DNA of 64,000 nt from a virus: IMG/VR virus record IMGVR_UViG_3300045988_183361. One strand, 5' to 3'. The notes beneath the pieces were generated by a model. It was not told where the DNA came from. It ran no database searches and saw only the letters and a list, made by a program, of their open reading frames with translations. The translations under genes were made by a program, and so were the position numbers. Below are positions 1 through 8,545 of the stretch, one piece after another. Each line of letters opens with the position of its first letter. Positions within the stretch are counted from its first letter, which is position 1.

Positions 1-645
1 ATCCATATCAAAAGTTACTGTTTTGCCTTTCTTTAACTGAAATAAATCATCTCTGTCATCCCTAAATCTAAATGGGAAATAATCATAACTTTCTATTTCA
101 TTCCTGATAAGATAATCTTTATTAAGCTTAAATGGCTTATCCCATATTTCCTTTACTGTTTTTATTATCATTTTCATATCATTTATTGAAAAGGTTATAC
201 TGCCATCAAAATACTTCATCTGTTTTGTAAGATAATCTATATAGCTTTCAGGAGTATCTTTAAATAATCCTGCATTTATAGCTTCTTTAACTTCATCTAC
301 TGTAAGAGGTAGATATGTATATCGTTTTACGGCTATTATATGTGTTATTCCGGTTACTATTGCTATTACAATTACGCCTATAATAGCAAAAGCAATTAAC
401 AGCATGAAAATTACGCCAAATAGCCATATAGCACCTATGACTGTTTCTATTAAAAATATTGTAAACTTACTGCTTACATCTTCTATATATGGATTTATTT
501 CTTTTCCATTATTTATGTATGGCAATATCAGATTTCCTATAATGGCAGATAAGGCAATGTATATCATAATTGCTCCGACTAATATTACTCCTGCACACTC
601 ATCTAAAAAAACTTTCCAAAATGATTTCTTTTTCTTAAATTTCAT
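1..645 (-). CDS. multi-pass membrane protein, upstream part runs off window start
   Basis: own translation of minus strand: ATG at 643-645 preceded by AAAGGAGATAAGTT SD; frame open to position 1; hydrophobic helices. Confidence 0.5.
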   Translation of the reverse strand, partial: MKFKKKKSFWKVFLDECAGVILVGAIMIYIALSAIIGNLILPYINNGKEINPYIEDVSSKFTIFLIETVIGAIWLFGVIFMLLIAFAIIGVIVIAIVTGITHIIAVKRYTYLPLTVDEVKEAINAGLFKDTPESYIDYLTKQMKYFDGSITFSINDMKMIIKTVKEIWDKPFKLNKDYLIRNEIESYDYFPFRFRDDRDDLFQLKKGKTVTFDMD

Positions 646-648
646 AAC

Positions 649-957
649 TTATCTCCTTTTTAGTATTGGTTTATATATTTTTAAATCTATCTCTTCTGTA
701 ATAAGAAATCCATTCTTATAAGACTCCTTATACTTAAGTGACTTTAAAAATGTTATCTGCTCTTCCCTTGATAACTGCTTCTTAAAGGTAATAATCTCAT
801 CATGGCTGCAATCAGTACATTGCTCAATAAGACTATATAGAAATGACTTCTCTTTTACTCTGTCAATTAAATCAATAGTTGATTTAAACAGCATTATTAC
901 CATAAAAGTTACAATAAACGAAAGTATAATAATCTTCATAAATAGTGTAAAATCCAC
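649..957 (-). CDS. small membrane protein, paralog of 1708..2223
   Basis: ORF track; N-terminal TM helix; shares ..LY..L....S.D....F....SR.EQI.FLKS.. and a KPIL tail with 1708..2223. Confidence 0.5.
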   Translation of the reverse strand: MDFTLFMKIIILSFIVTFMVIMLFKSTIDLIDRVKEKSFLYSLIEQCTDCSHDEIITFKKQLSREEQITFLKSLKYKESYKNGFLITEEIDLKIYKPILKRR

Positions 958-1040
958 ACTATTTTATATTTAAGTAGTGTAAATGTATTAACTTAAATTA
1001 AAGAAAAATCATTATATATTATAATTTTTTTATCATATTT

Positions 1041-1316
1041 TTAATAACCGCCATGCTGTTCAATATATTTCATTAATTCGGGCGAAAATAAACACAGTCC
1101 TCTTATCCCCTGCTTATCAAGCTTCTTTTTTATCTTCTCATATTTTTGCATGTTAAGGATCTTACCGGCCTTATTTACATAGAATGAATTATCAGAAGTA
1201 AAATTATTACAGTCTGATGTAAACCATTCCCCGGATTTATCTTTAAAAATATATCCCCAATATCCGGTTCGCTGTGCTATTTCTCTTGCCTCTTTCCTTG
1301 CTTCTTTAAATGTCAT
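1041..1316 (-). CDS. hypothetical protein
   Basis: ORF track; SD TAGGAGAAAATA before ATG. Confidence 0.5.
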   Translation of the reverse strand: MTFKEARKEAREIAQRTGYWGYIFKDKSGEWFTSDCNNFTSDNSFYVNKAGKILNMQKYEKIKKKLDKQGIRGLCLFSPELMKYIEQHGGY

Positions 1317-1499
1317 TATTTTTCTCCTAAAAAAGACATATCCAAATTCTTTATATCAGCTTCATACCCATTAGGAATATTCCTTAAGGTTATATTCGTA
1401 GATATTTCTTTTAATTTTGTCTGCTGTTTTTCATCCGGATGCCGCATTGACTCAAGAAACCCAACAGCATCATTTCCTGTAAGTTTCATATAAATTCTC
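1306..1499 (-). CDS. small hypothetical protein (about 59 aa, below ORF-track cutoff)
   Basis: own translation MKLTGNDAVGFLESMRHPDEKQQTKLKEIS...; GGAGAA SD; stop overlaps next start. Confidence 0.3.
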
Positions 1500-1707
1500 C
1501 ATACTCAGTTATCATATAAAATAGTCTTTATTGTCTTTTCTTAAAAATCTGCCTTTTACCTCATTAATATCAGCCATTTAGCCCATACTGGTATGTCAGA
1601 GCTACATATTATATAAACATAAAAAGATATAATAAGAGCTATAATAATGGTTATTCCTAATGCTGGTAATATACTTTTAATTTTCTTTATTCTGTAATTT
1701 TTCTGTT

Positions 1708-2223
1708 TCATAGTTTTATCTCCTTTCTAAGGATTGGTTCATACTCTGCTAATTCTTCATCATTCTCAATTAAAGGTACTTTCTGTATTACTGTCTTGGT
1801 TGTAATAACCTTATTACCGTTCTCATCAGTGGACTCTTCCTTTTCCGTTGATTCTACAGTTGTAATAACAGACTTTAGAAAAGCAATCTGTTCATTACGG
1901 CTCATATGTCTGAATTTCTTTAAATCATCCTGTGATATATCATCAAGCAAACAATCATAAAGAAGTTCTTTTTCATGTTCTTTCTCAAAAAATTTTGTAA
2001 AAGCTATCCATACAAGAGCCATTACACTGATTAATAAGGCTATCACAGTAGCTATAAAATTTTTAAAGCTTATATTAACAAGCGCTGGCAATGCTCCCAT
2101 AAGTAAAGACATAAATGCCTTATCTATAAGAGTCATATCGTATATGTTTGCAGTCACAAAATAAAAACTAAGCATAATCAATGAAACAACAAAGACTACA
2201 TTTACTAATATAGTTATAATCAT
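1708..2223 (-). CDS. membrane protein (3-4 TM), paralog of 649..957
   Basis: ORF track; hydrophobic N-terminal half; conserved C-terminal motif shared with 649..957. Confidence 0.55.
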   Translation of the reverse strand: MIITILVNVVFVVSLIMLSFYFVTANIYDMTLIDKAFMSLLMGALPALVNISFKNFIATVIALLISVMALVWIAFTKFFEKEHEKELLYDCLLDDISQDDLKKFRHMSRNEQIAFLKSVITTVESTEKEESTDENGNKVITTKTVIQKVPLIENDEELAEYEPILRKEIKL

Positions 2224-2326
2224 CTTTCTCTTTCCTTTCTGTTTTAATATATATTGTATTGTTTATTCTATTTTATAATGTTTTAGCCAGAAAACCCATG
2301 GTCTTTAGACCGTGGAATGAATGGCG

Positions 2327-3586
2327 TTAAATTACCAAGGTCTGTATCATTTCAGTTGACCTTGCCATTATGCGTTTACAATTACTCAATTTAGGTGTCT
2401 TGTATCCTTTTGGCATTGCCGAAAAATCAACCTTGTTACCATCTATATCCATGAGAACTGCATATCCAGTGGACATTCTACCCTTGATAAAATATTTGTT
2501 TCCAAAGTATCGAACTTTGTCAAATTTTCTAAAGCCACAAATCTTATCAGTGATAATAGGCTGTTCTGAACGAATCCCTTTTGTTTTTTGAAAATCACCA
2601 TCTGAAATGCATTTCTTTTTGTAAAGGTTGGATTTTACAGTAAATATATTGCCTTGTGTTGCAATCGTACAGGCATCATAATAATGTTCTTTGTCAATGC
2701 CAAGAAGCAAACGGTTAGCTTTTGTCACATATCCGAAGGTCTCAACTGCATCTGGATATAATTTAAAAAGCTGTTTACGAATAGAGTTCATCTGTGTGGC
2801 ATATTTAAGATTACCTTTAACTTTACCACTCAATTTGGGGTTAATTTTTCCACTATGTAAATCTTTATGACAGGTATGACACAGAGTAATTAGATTACTT
2901 TCTTCATCAGAACCCCCCTGACTACGAAATAAAATATGATGAACTTCTAACTTACTATCCTTATGTTTGCCTTTACAATATTGACAAGTATAATTATCTC
3001 GATTAAGAACCATCGCTTTGGTATTCTCAAACCCATAATTAATACCTTTCTGATAACCCCAATGTTTAATTTTAGGATTAGCAAGATTTGGATTTTTCAT
3101 AAGGTGAGTATCAAACTGACCTGTCTCAAATACCATTTCTGTAATCGGAAGAATAAATTTAATATATTTTATCTCTTTAACATGACTATGAAGCTTACTC
3201 TGCATCGTAGGGCTAAATCTATCATTCTTAATAGAATTAGCACGATTTAACCATCTTGCTTTTCTATAACGAGCTTTACGATTTCGTCTGTTTCTACGAT
3301 ACTTTGCTCTTTGTGTCATTTTGCCGGTAATGTCGTTTCTTATAACAACTTCCGACATATAGATAATATCTCCATTGTCTTTGCTTACAGAAGTGCCAAT
3401 AGTTCCGCTTCCGGTATCTACACCAAGAGTTAAGTCTTGAGTGTAATTTGTTGTTTCATAAGTCAATTTAATTGTAAATGGCTCACGTTTCTTAACTTTT
3501 GCTTTGCTTTGTTTAAGTAACAATCTTGCTATAGAGTTACTACAGGGCATTAGTGGTTTACCATCTTGTGAAATCACATAAACCAT
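2327..3586 (-). CDS. iscB: IscB RNA-guided nuclease (PLMP, RuvC-I, Arg-rich bridge helix, RuvC-II, HNH, RuvC-III)
   Basis: motifs read from translation: DGKPLMP; LGVDTGSGTIG; RAKYRRNRRNRKARYRKARW; FETGQFD; CQYC..HHI..N..LCHTCH; HYYDA; strong SD AAGGAGG. Confidence 0.85.
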   Translation of the reverse strand: MVYVISQDGKPLMPCSNSIARLLLKQSKAKVKKREPFTIKLTYETTNYTQDLTLGVDTGSGTIGTSVSKDNGDIIYMSEVVIRNDITGKMTQRAKYRRNRRNRKARYRKARWLNRANSIKNDRFSPTMQSKLHSHVKEIKYIKFILPITEMVFETGQFDTHLMKNPNLANPKIKHWGYQKGINYGFENTKAMVLNRDNYTCQYCKGKHKDSKLEVHHILFRSQGGSDEESNLITLCHTCHKDLHSGKINPKLSGKVKGNLKYATQMNSIRKQLFKLYPDAVETFGYVTKANRLLLGIDKEHYYDACTIATQGNIFTVKSNLYKKKCISDGDFQKTKGIRSEQPIITDKICGFRKFDKVRYFGNKYFIKGRMSTGYAVLMDIDGNKVDFSAMPKGYKTPKLSNCKRIMARSTEMIQTLVI

Positions 3587-3858
3587 AAATAAGTTCCTCC
3601 TTATAAATACTCTACTTAATAGTAGGTGATGCGTACTTTGTCGTACTGTTTACCATACGATTGTTCCGACTTCAACTCGACAATGATATAAAGGCTTTTA
3701 TGTACATATCACAAGGCTGTTCTTACTCTGACCTAACTTAAATATGTACGATAGAGCAACGGTCTGTTGCGTCAACCGAAGGTATCATAACCTAAATATC
3801 GTAGTATCCATTTCTGAATACTTAGTCTGGTGAACCATTTAACAGAAGCCCACTACCT
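3587..3858 (-). ncRNA. putative omega-RNA (guide-RNA scaffold) of the IscB element
   Basis: 272-nt non-coding stretch immediately 5' of iscB on the same strand, clearly GC-richer than its surroundings, multiple stable hairpins; matches the known IscB locus architecture. Confidence 0.5.
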
Positions 3859-4800
3859 TTAGGTGGTGGGTAGTTCACTTAATTCACCTGATTCTTTGTT
3901 AAATATAAATATATCTGAACTCAGATAATCTTCTTCTTCCTGAATACCAAATATCTTTAATGCCATTTGAATTTCTTCAGGAGTAAATTCATTGTATTTA
4001 CATATCAACAGAATATGTGCTGTAACAGGAACAATGTATAAATTTGTTTTCAGTTTCTCTGAAATATTCTTAAGCAAATTATTATTCAGAATTGCACTTG
4101 TGTTATAAAAGTCAATTATATTTTGAATTGCATATATTCCTTTAATACATTTGCTCTCAAACCCATCAGAATTACTTAGAGAAAATAATTCTTTCTTTGT
4201 TTTTTCATAATTATCATCATCTGCCAGTTGCGTCAAAAAATAATCACCTAATACACTGATAAAATATTTGTTGGAATATATTGAATGAATTGCAAGATTG
4301 TACAATTCGTTTTCATCAATTTTCAGTATGTCTCTCATATAGTTATTATCAATTACAAACATTGTACCTTCTGAATTTTCTTTAGGTATGATCACATTAT
4401 AAATTATTTCGAACTCATAAAATGGCCTATGAGGAATACCGCTTAAATCTTCCATATTGTCCGGCTTTTGTATTAATTGAGGTATAATATAGTGTTTTAT
4501 ATCATTTAAATTAATTTCTGGAGCTAAATTATTAAGTTTATATTCACTACCATTAGAATTTTTGTTTCTATAAAATGCTTCAGATATTGACAATGCAATT
4601 TCTTCTATTGACGAATTATTTAAATATTGTTTATATAATTGATTTAATTTAAATTCTAAGGGACACATAAACTGATTTTTAGAATGAAAAATAAGCTTAT
4701 CTGATGTGCAAACTATATCTGTTGGTGTAATATCTTCAATATTTTGAAGTAATTCGAATTTAAGATGTTTAAGAAAATCTTCGTAATTCATTTTTTGCAT
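3859..4800 (-). CDS. hypothetical protein
   Basis: ORF track; SD AAAGGAGAATTAATTAT; TGTCATAT box at 4837-4852. Confidence 0.6.
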   Translation of the reverse strand: MQKMNYEDFLKHLKFELLQNIEDITPTDIVCTSDKLIFHSKNQFMCPLEFKLNQLYKQYLNNSSIEEIALSISEAFYRNKNSNGSEYKLNNLAPEINLNDIKHYIIPQLIQKPDNMEDLSGIPHRPFYEFEIIYNVIIPKENSEGTMFVIDNNYMRDILKIDENELYNLAIHSIYSNKYFISVLGDYFLTQLADDDNYEKTKKELFSLSNSDGFESKCIKGIYAIQNIIDFYNTSAILNNNLLKNISEKLKTNLYIVPVTAHILLICKYNEFTPEEIQMALKIFGIQEEEDYLSSDIFIFNKESGELSELPTT

Positions 4801-4836
4801 ATAATTAATTCTCCTTTTATTTAGTTATATTTTTAA

Positions 4837-4852
4837 TATGACAGAAAAAATG
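4837..4852 (-). promoter_or_regulatory. TTTTTCTGTCATAT box (putative promoter core) for 3859..4800
   Basis: conserved box about 37 nt upstream of ATG, preceded by an AT hairpin and U-run. Confidence 0.5.
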
Positions 4853-4997
4853 AATTATTATTTTACATAAAATAATTGATGTGTGTTAAAATAAGACAGC
4901 AACTAAATGTAAATGCCTTTTATTTATTAAAATATCCCGTTTTTGTGTTTTTCTAAGCACTTTATTGGGTATACTATGCCTTCACTTGTAAAAAATA

Positions 4998-5373
4998 ATA
5001 ACAATATATTGTACGTTTATTGTTATATATTAGTTTAATATGTTAACTTTATTAACAATATATAGTTATTTAAGATTTATTAAAATATAGCTAAGATACA
5101 AAAATAATAACAATATATAGATATAAAATATGATTTAATATACATTAAAAATAACAACATTATGTTATAGAATAGAAAAATTTGTGTAATAAAATTAACA
5201 ATATATAGCTAAATATTTGATACATAAATGTAATAATGATAACAATATATAGTAATGTATTATCCGTTGCATAGCCAATAAAATGCCTTATATGTGTCAG
5301 AATAATACCATGATGTAGTTATCATATGCTGATTTAAGAGATAAAAAATGTTAATTTGATAACATATAATTGG
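4998..5373. repeat. iteron-like array: at least 5 direct copies of (A/T)TAACAATATATAG plus degenerate copies
   Basis: copies at about 4998, 5051, 5105, 5194, 5239 and variants at 5151 and 5358; spacing 45-55 bp; inside a 1.3-kb gene-free AT-rich region. Confidence 0.5.
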
Positions 5374-6081
5374 TAATATTAGCAATTATATATGGATTAA
5401 TTGGGTACAATAGACTGTATGATCAGTGAGAAAAATAAATATAACTGATTAATGGGATATAATTATTATTTACTAAAGTTAATTAATGGAATTACTGGAA
5501 ACATATATAGGAATGATAGAGTAAAGGAAATAGATCTAAGAGCAAATAAGAAAGAATTAGTGTATAAGAATGCAGCTATTGGAGATAGAAATGGGATTAT
5601 TGGGCTTACTAAGGCATTTGCAGGGCGAAGAATAGATTTACAGGAATCTAGTAATCATAATTTTTGTAATTATCATATATTATATATGAGGGAATTATAT
5701 TATTTATTAGTGTATTAAAGGCATTAATTGGGATAAATGAAGTGCTTGCTAGAGACAGGTAAGGAATTACCAGGGAAATAAACACAAAATGTATTAAGCT
5801 GATAAATGATATTGTATAAGGATATGACAATAATAGTTATACGCTTTTAATCCTTAATAATATTCTGGCGGTTATTATATTAAGTCTTAAAACGCTATTA
5901 AGGAATAATCAAATGTATTATATAAGGCTCTAATTTTTATATTTTAATAATAAAAAGCGTATCAATGGAAAAGAAAATAATAAAAAGGTTCTAAAAAAGG
6001 TGTATGACATATTACACTTAAAGGAAGTGTAATCATAAAAAAAATACAGCTACCTATTGATAACTGCATTTTATTTATATA

Positions 6082-7110
6082 TTACATAAAAGATTGTATA
6101 CTATATCCTTTCCGTCTGAAACGAACTCTAATCTTTTTTATTGCTTTTGATTCAATCTGTCTGATTCGTTCTCTGGATACATTCCATTCAGTACCTATAT
6201 CTTGTAAAGTTTTAACTTTTGAGCCATATCCCATTCTACCCTTAATTACATATAATTCTCTAGGAGTGAGACAATCTTCAACTTCTTTCCAAAGCAGTTC
6301 TTTCATTTCTTTTTGAATAATCGTATCTTCAACTTTAGGTTCAGGAGCTTCTATATAATCAGCCAAACATGAATCGTCATGGCCTTCATCACTTTGAATA
6401 GGTGCATCTAATGAAACCAATTCATTAAAACTCTGAATATGCACAAGCATTTCTTTAGTTAAAAGAGGATATCTTTGTTTTACTACATCATATAATTCAT
6501 CAATTGTAGGTTTTCTTTGAAGTTTATTAGTTAAATCCACAAATGTAGTCTTAACAAAAGAATCCTGTTCTCTTACATGTACAGGGAATCTAACTAATAA
6601 ATCATAATTGGCTAATTCTCTATATATACTCTGTCTAATCCAATGAGTTGCATAAGTTGAAAATGCATATCCTAATTTATAATCAAACATTTGTATAGCT
6701 CTGTATAACCCGAAAATACCGGCCTGACATAAATCATCCATTTCAAAACTTTGCGTTTTAGCTGTAACAGCTTTAGCAATACTGATGACTAAACGCATAT
6801 TAGATAAAATCAATTTTTCGGTTATTTCTTTTTTCTTTTTAGGATGTTTTTTTATCTCTTCAAATAATTTAAGAGTTTCATCTTTGGATAAAACCGGATA
6901 ATCAGCGAATGATTTAATATAATAAGTTATATTATTTTCTAATAATAGTTTCTCTTTTTCATTTAAAATCTCTTTATCATTTAAAATATCGGTATAATTA
7001 TCCTCTGATAAAATATTTATGTTTTCTATTGGTTTATTTGTATCAAATAATTCATCAATATATTCATCTTTATTGTTTTTTTTATTTAATAATAAATTCT
7101 TATCTGCCAT
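6082..7110 (-). CDS. sigma-70 family RNA polymerase sigma factor (regions 2 and 4 present)
   Basis: region 2-like YAFSTYATHWIRQSI; region 4.2 HTH LQDIGTEWNVSRERIRQIESKAIKKIR. Confidence 0.85.
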   Translation of the reverse strand: MADKNLLLNKKNNKDEYIDELFDTNKPIENINILSEDNYTDILNDKEILNEKEKLLLENNITYYIKSFADYPVLSKDETLKLFEEIKKHPKKKKEITEKLILSNMRLVISIAKAVTAKTQSFEMDDLCQAGIFGLYRAIQMFDYKLGYAFSTYATHWIRQSIYRELANYDLLVRFPVHVREQDSFVKTTFVDLTNKLQRKPTIDELYDVVKQRYPLLTKEMLVHIQSFNELVSLDAPIQSDEGHDDSCLADYIEAPEPKVEDTIIQKEMKELLWKEVEDCLTPRELYVIKGRMGYGSKVKTLQDIGTEWNVSRERIRQIESKAIKKIRVRFRRKGYSIQSFM

Positions 7111-7122
7111 AAAAATCTCCTC

Positions 7123-7518
7123 TTAACATTGATGTCCTAGCATTTTTAATTCATTATTTGCTTCTATTTTCATTGTACATATTCTACTAATTGCATTATA
7201 TGTAAATTTAGATTGCTCTTCAAAGGTTCCTAATATATCTCGTTTAATCATAAGCTCTTTACATTTATCTGAAGACTCTTTGTGTAATTTCATTTCTTTT
7301 ACCATTGAATCTAAAATAGAATGCATTGAGGAAAAATAGGTAAAATAATTTCCTACTTCACTCAATAAATTTCCTATTTCCAATAAATCTATTTCATCTG
7401 ATCTAGGAATTTCTTTCTTAAAATTAATTAAATACCATTCATATAAATCCGTTGAAGAAGCTTCAAGGATATCACTTATAGACTTATTTTTTAATTCATT
7501 ATTCATATTTGTTTCCAT
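7123..7518 (-). CDS. hypothetical protein, co-transcribed between CPBP protease and sigma factor
   Basis: ORF track; tight spacing to flanking genes. Confidence 0.5.
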   Translation of the reverse strand: METNMNNELKNKSISDILEASSTDLYEWYLINFKKEIPRSDEIDLLEIGNLLSEVGNYFTYFSSMHSILDSMVKEMKLHKESSDKCKELMIKRDILGTFEEQSKFTYNAISRICTMKIEANNELKMLGHQC

Positions 7519-7521
7519 AAA

Positions 7522-8433
7522 TTATTGCTCCTTAATTTCTATATTGATATTTTCAAAACACTTAATTACAAAATAAATTAAACTCATTATGCAGACTATT
7601 AAAATGCATACCTGTAAATATATATTTGTTATAAAAAACGTAAATGGTATTAATGCCACACAGTTTATTAGAATATGATATAAGCTGCTAAGTTTAATAC
7701 CATATTTATCTCTTACAGCACCTAACAAATATCCGCCAAAAGCATATATAGGGAATAAAATAAAATTAAAATGAATTATTCCAAATAAAACTGCTTGGAT
7801 TATATTTGCACATAATTTATTGTTGCTTGCTTTATATGCATAGCCATAAATTATATATCTAAAAGTCAATTCCTCAATAATAGGTGCCACAAAAGTTGCT
7901 ATTATTGTAGATATAATTGTTTTTATTCCTAAACTTCCATAATCAATATCTGATACATTTACAAAATGCATTTGAATTCCTGAAATAAGCTGCAATATTA
8001 CAGAAATTAATATGAAACAAAATGCAAAATTCCAATTTACTACTAATTTATTTTTCATAAACAAATCTTTTTTATAATTGTAAAATGAGCTTTTTATACA
8101 AATAAGGCACATAACAAACATTAATGTATATGTTGATATTGTGTAAATTAATCGAAATCCTTCATAATCTATTTTAGTTGAAATTCCTCCTGCATCATTC
8201 ATATACATATTTAATAGACTGTCTATAAATGTTGCAATAAACATTGAAAATAAAATTATAAAAACAGAAATAATAAATGGAATAAAAATCTTTATATACT
8301 GTTTTGATTTTGAAAAGAAAGAATTACTTTTCATTTTGTTTTTCACCATAAAATCCATATAAGAATTTAAATCATGCTTATTTTTTTTATTTCTTAATTC
8401 CTTAATATTACTGTTATTGTTACTAAGTATCAT
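7522..8433 (-). CDS. CPBP-family (CAAX/Abi) intramembrane metalloprotease
   Basis: multi-TM; IIEELTFRYIIYGY (EExxxR) and FGIIHFNF (FxxxH) motifs. Confidence 0.7.
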   Translation of the reverse strand: MILSNNNSNIKELRNKKNKHDLNSYMDFMVKNKMKSNSFFSKSKQYIKIFIPFIISVFIILFSMFIATFIDSLLNMYMNDAGGISTKIDYEGFRLIYTISTYTLMFVMCLICIKSSFYNYKKDLFMKNKLVVNWNFAFCFILISVILQLISGIQMHFVNVSDIDYGSLGIKTIISTIIATFVAPIIEELTFRYIIYGYAYKASNNKLCANIIQAVLFGIIHFNFILFPIYAFGGYLLGAVRDKYGIKLSSLYHILINCVALIPFTFFITNIYLQVCILIVCIMSLIYFVIKCFENINIEIKEQ

Positions 8434-8462
8434 ATATTTTCCTCCAACCTTTCTAATATATA

Positions 8463-8476
8463 TATGACAGATACAA
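8463..8476 (-). promoter_or_regulatory. CTGTCATAT box for the CPBP-hyp-sigma operon
   Basis: box preceded by terminator ACCGCTGTTTATTGCAGCGGT + U-run; 30 nt before ATG 8433. Confidence 0.5.
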
Positions 8477-8545
8477 TTTTAAAAATCTTTACATAAAAAA
8501 ATACCGCTGCAATAAACAGCGGTAAAACATAAAATAAATATTAAA

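Larger units (their letters stand above)
2270..3858 (-). mobile_element. IS200/IS605-family element encoding IscB and its omega-RNA, with no tnpA
   Basis: iscB ORF plus a 272-nt structured GC-richer upstream region; subterminal hairpins at both ends (CCCACCACCTAAAGGTAGTGGG at the 3858 end, CCATGGTCTTTAGACCGTGG near 2295-2315). Confidence 0.6.

Noticed and set aside
404-721. Plus-strand ORFs overlapping minus-strand genes (404..721, 2370..2591, 2963..3250, 9486..9713, 10788..11027, 18585..18998, 20190..20576, 31126..31764, 31894..32259, 38580..38933, 43220..43546 and similar)
   Set aside because: Low-complexity translations, no SD, fully inside well-supported opposite-strand genes with strong SDs; typical shadow ORFs of AT-rich DNA.
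3587-3858. tRNA or tmRNA genes in GC-richer patches (3587-3858, 17221-17477, 23315-23503)
   Set aside because: No cloverleaf with acceptor/T-arm features found by eye; these patches are better explained as omega-RNA, group I intron core and IS right end.
4998-5373. CRISPR array
   Set aside because: Repeat units are only 14-15 bp, AT-only, with irregular 30-75 bp spacers and no cas genes; consistent with iterons, not CRISPR.
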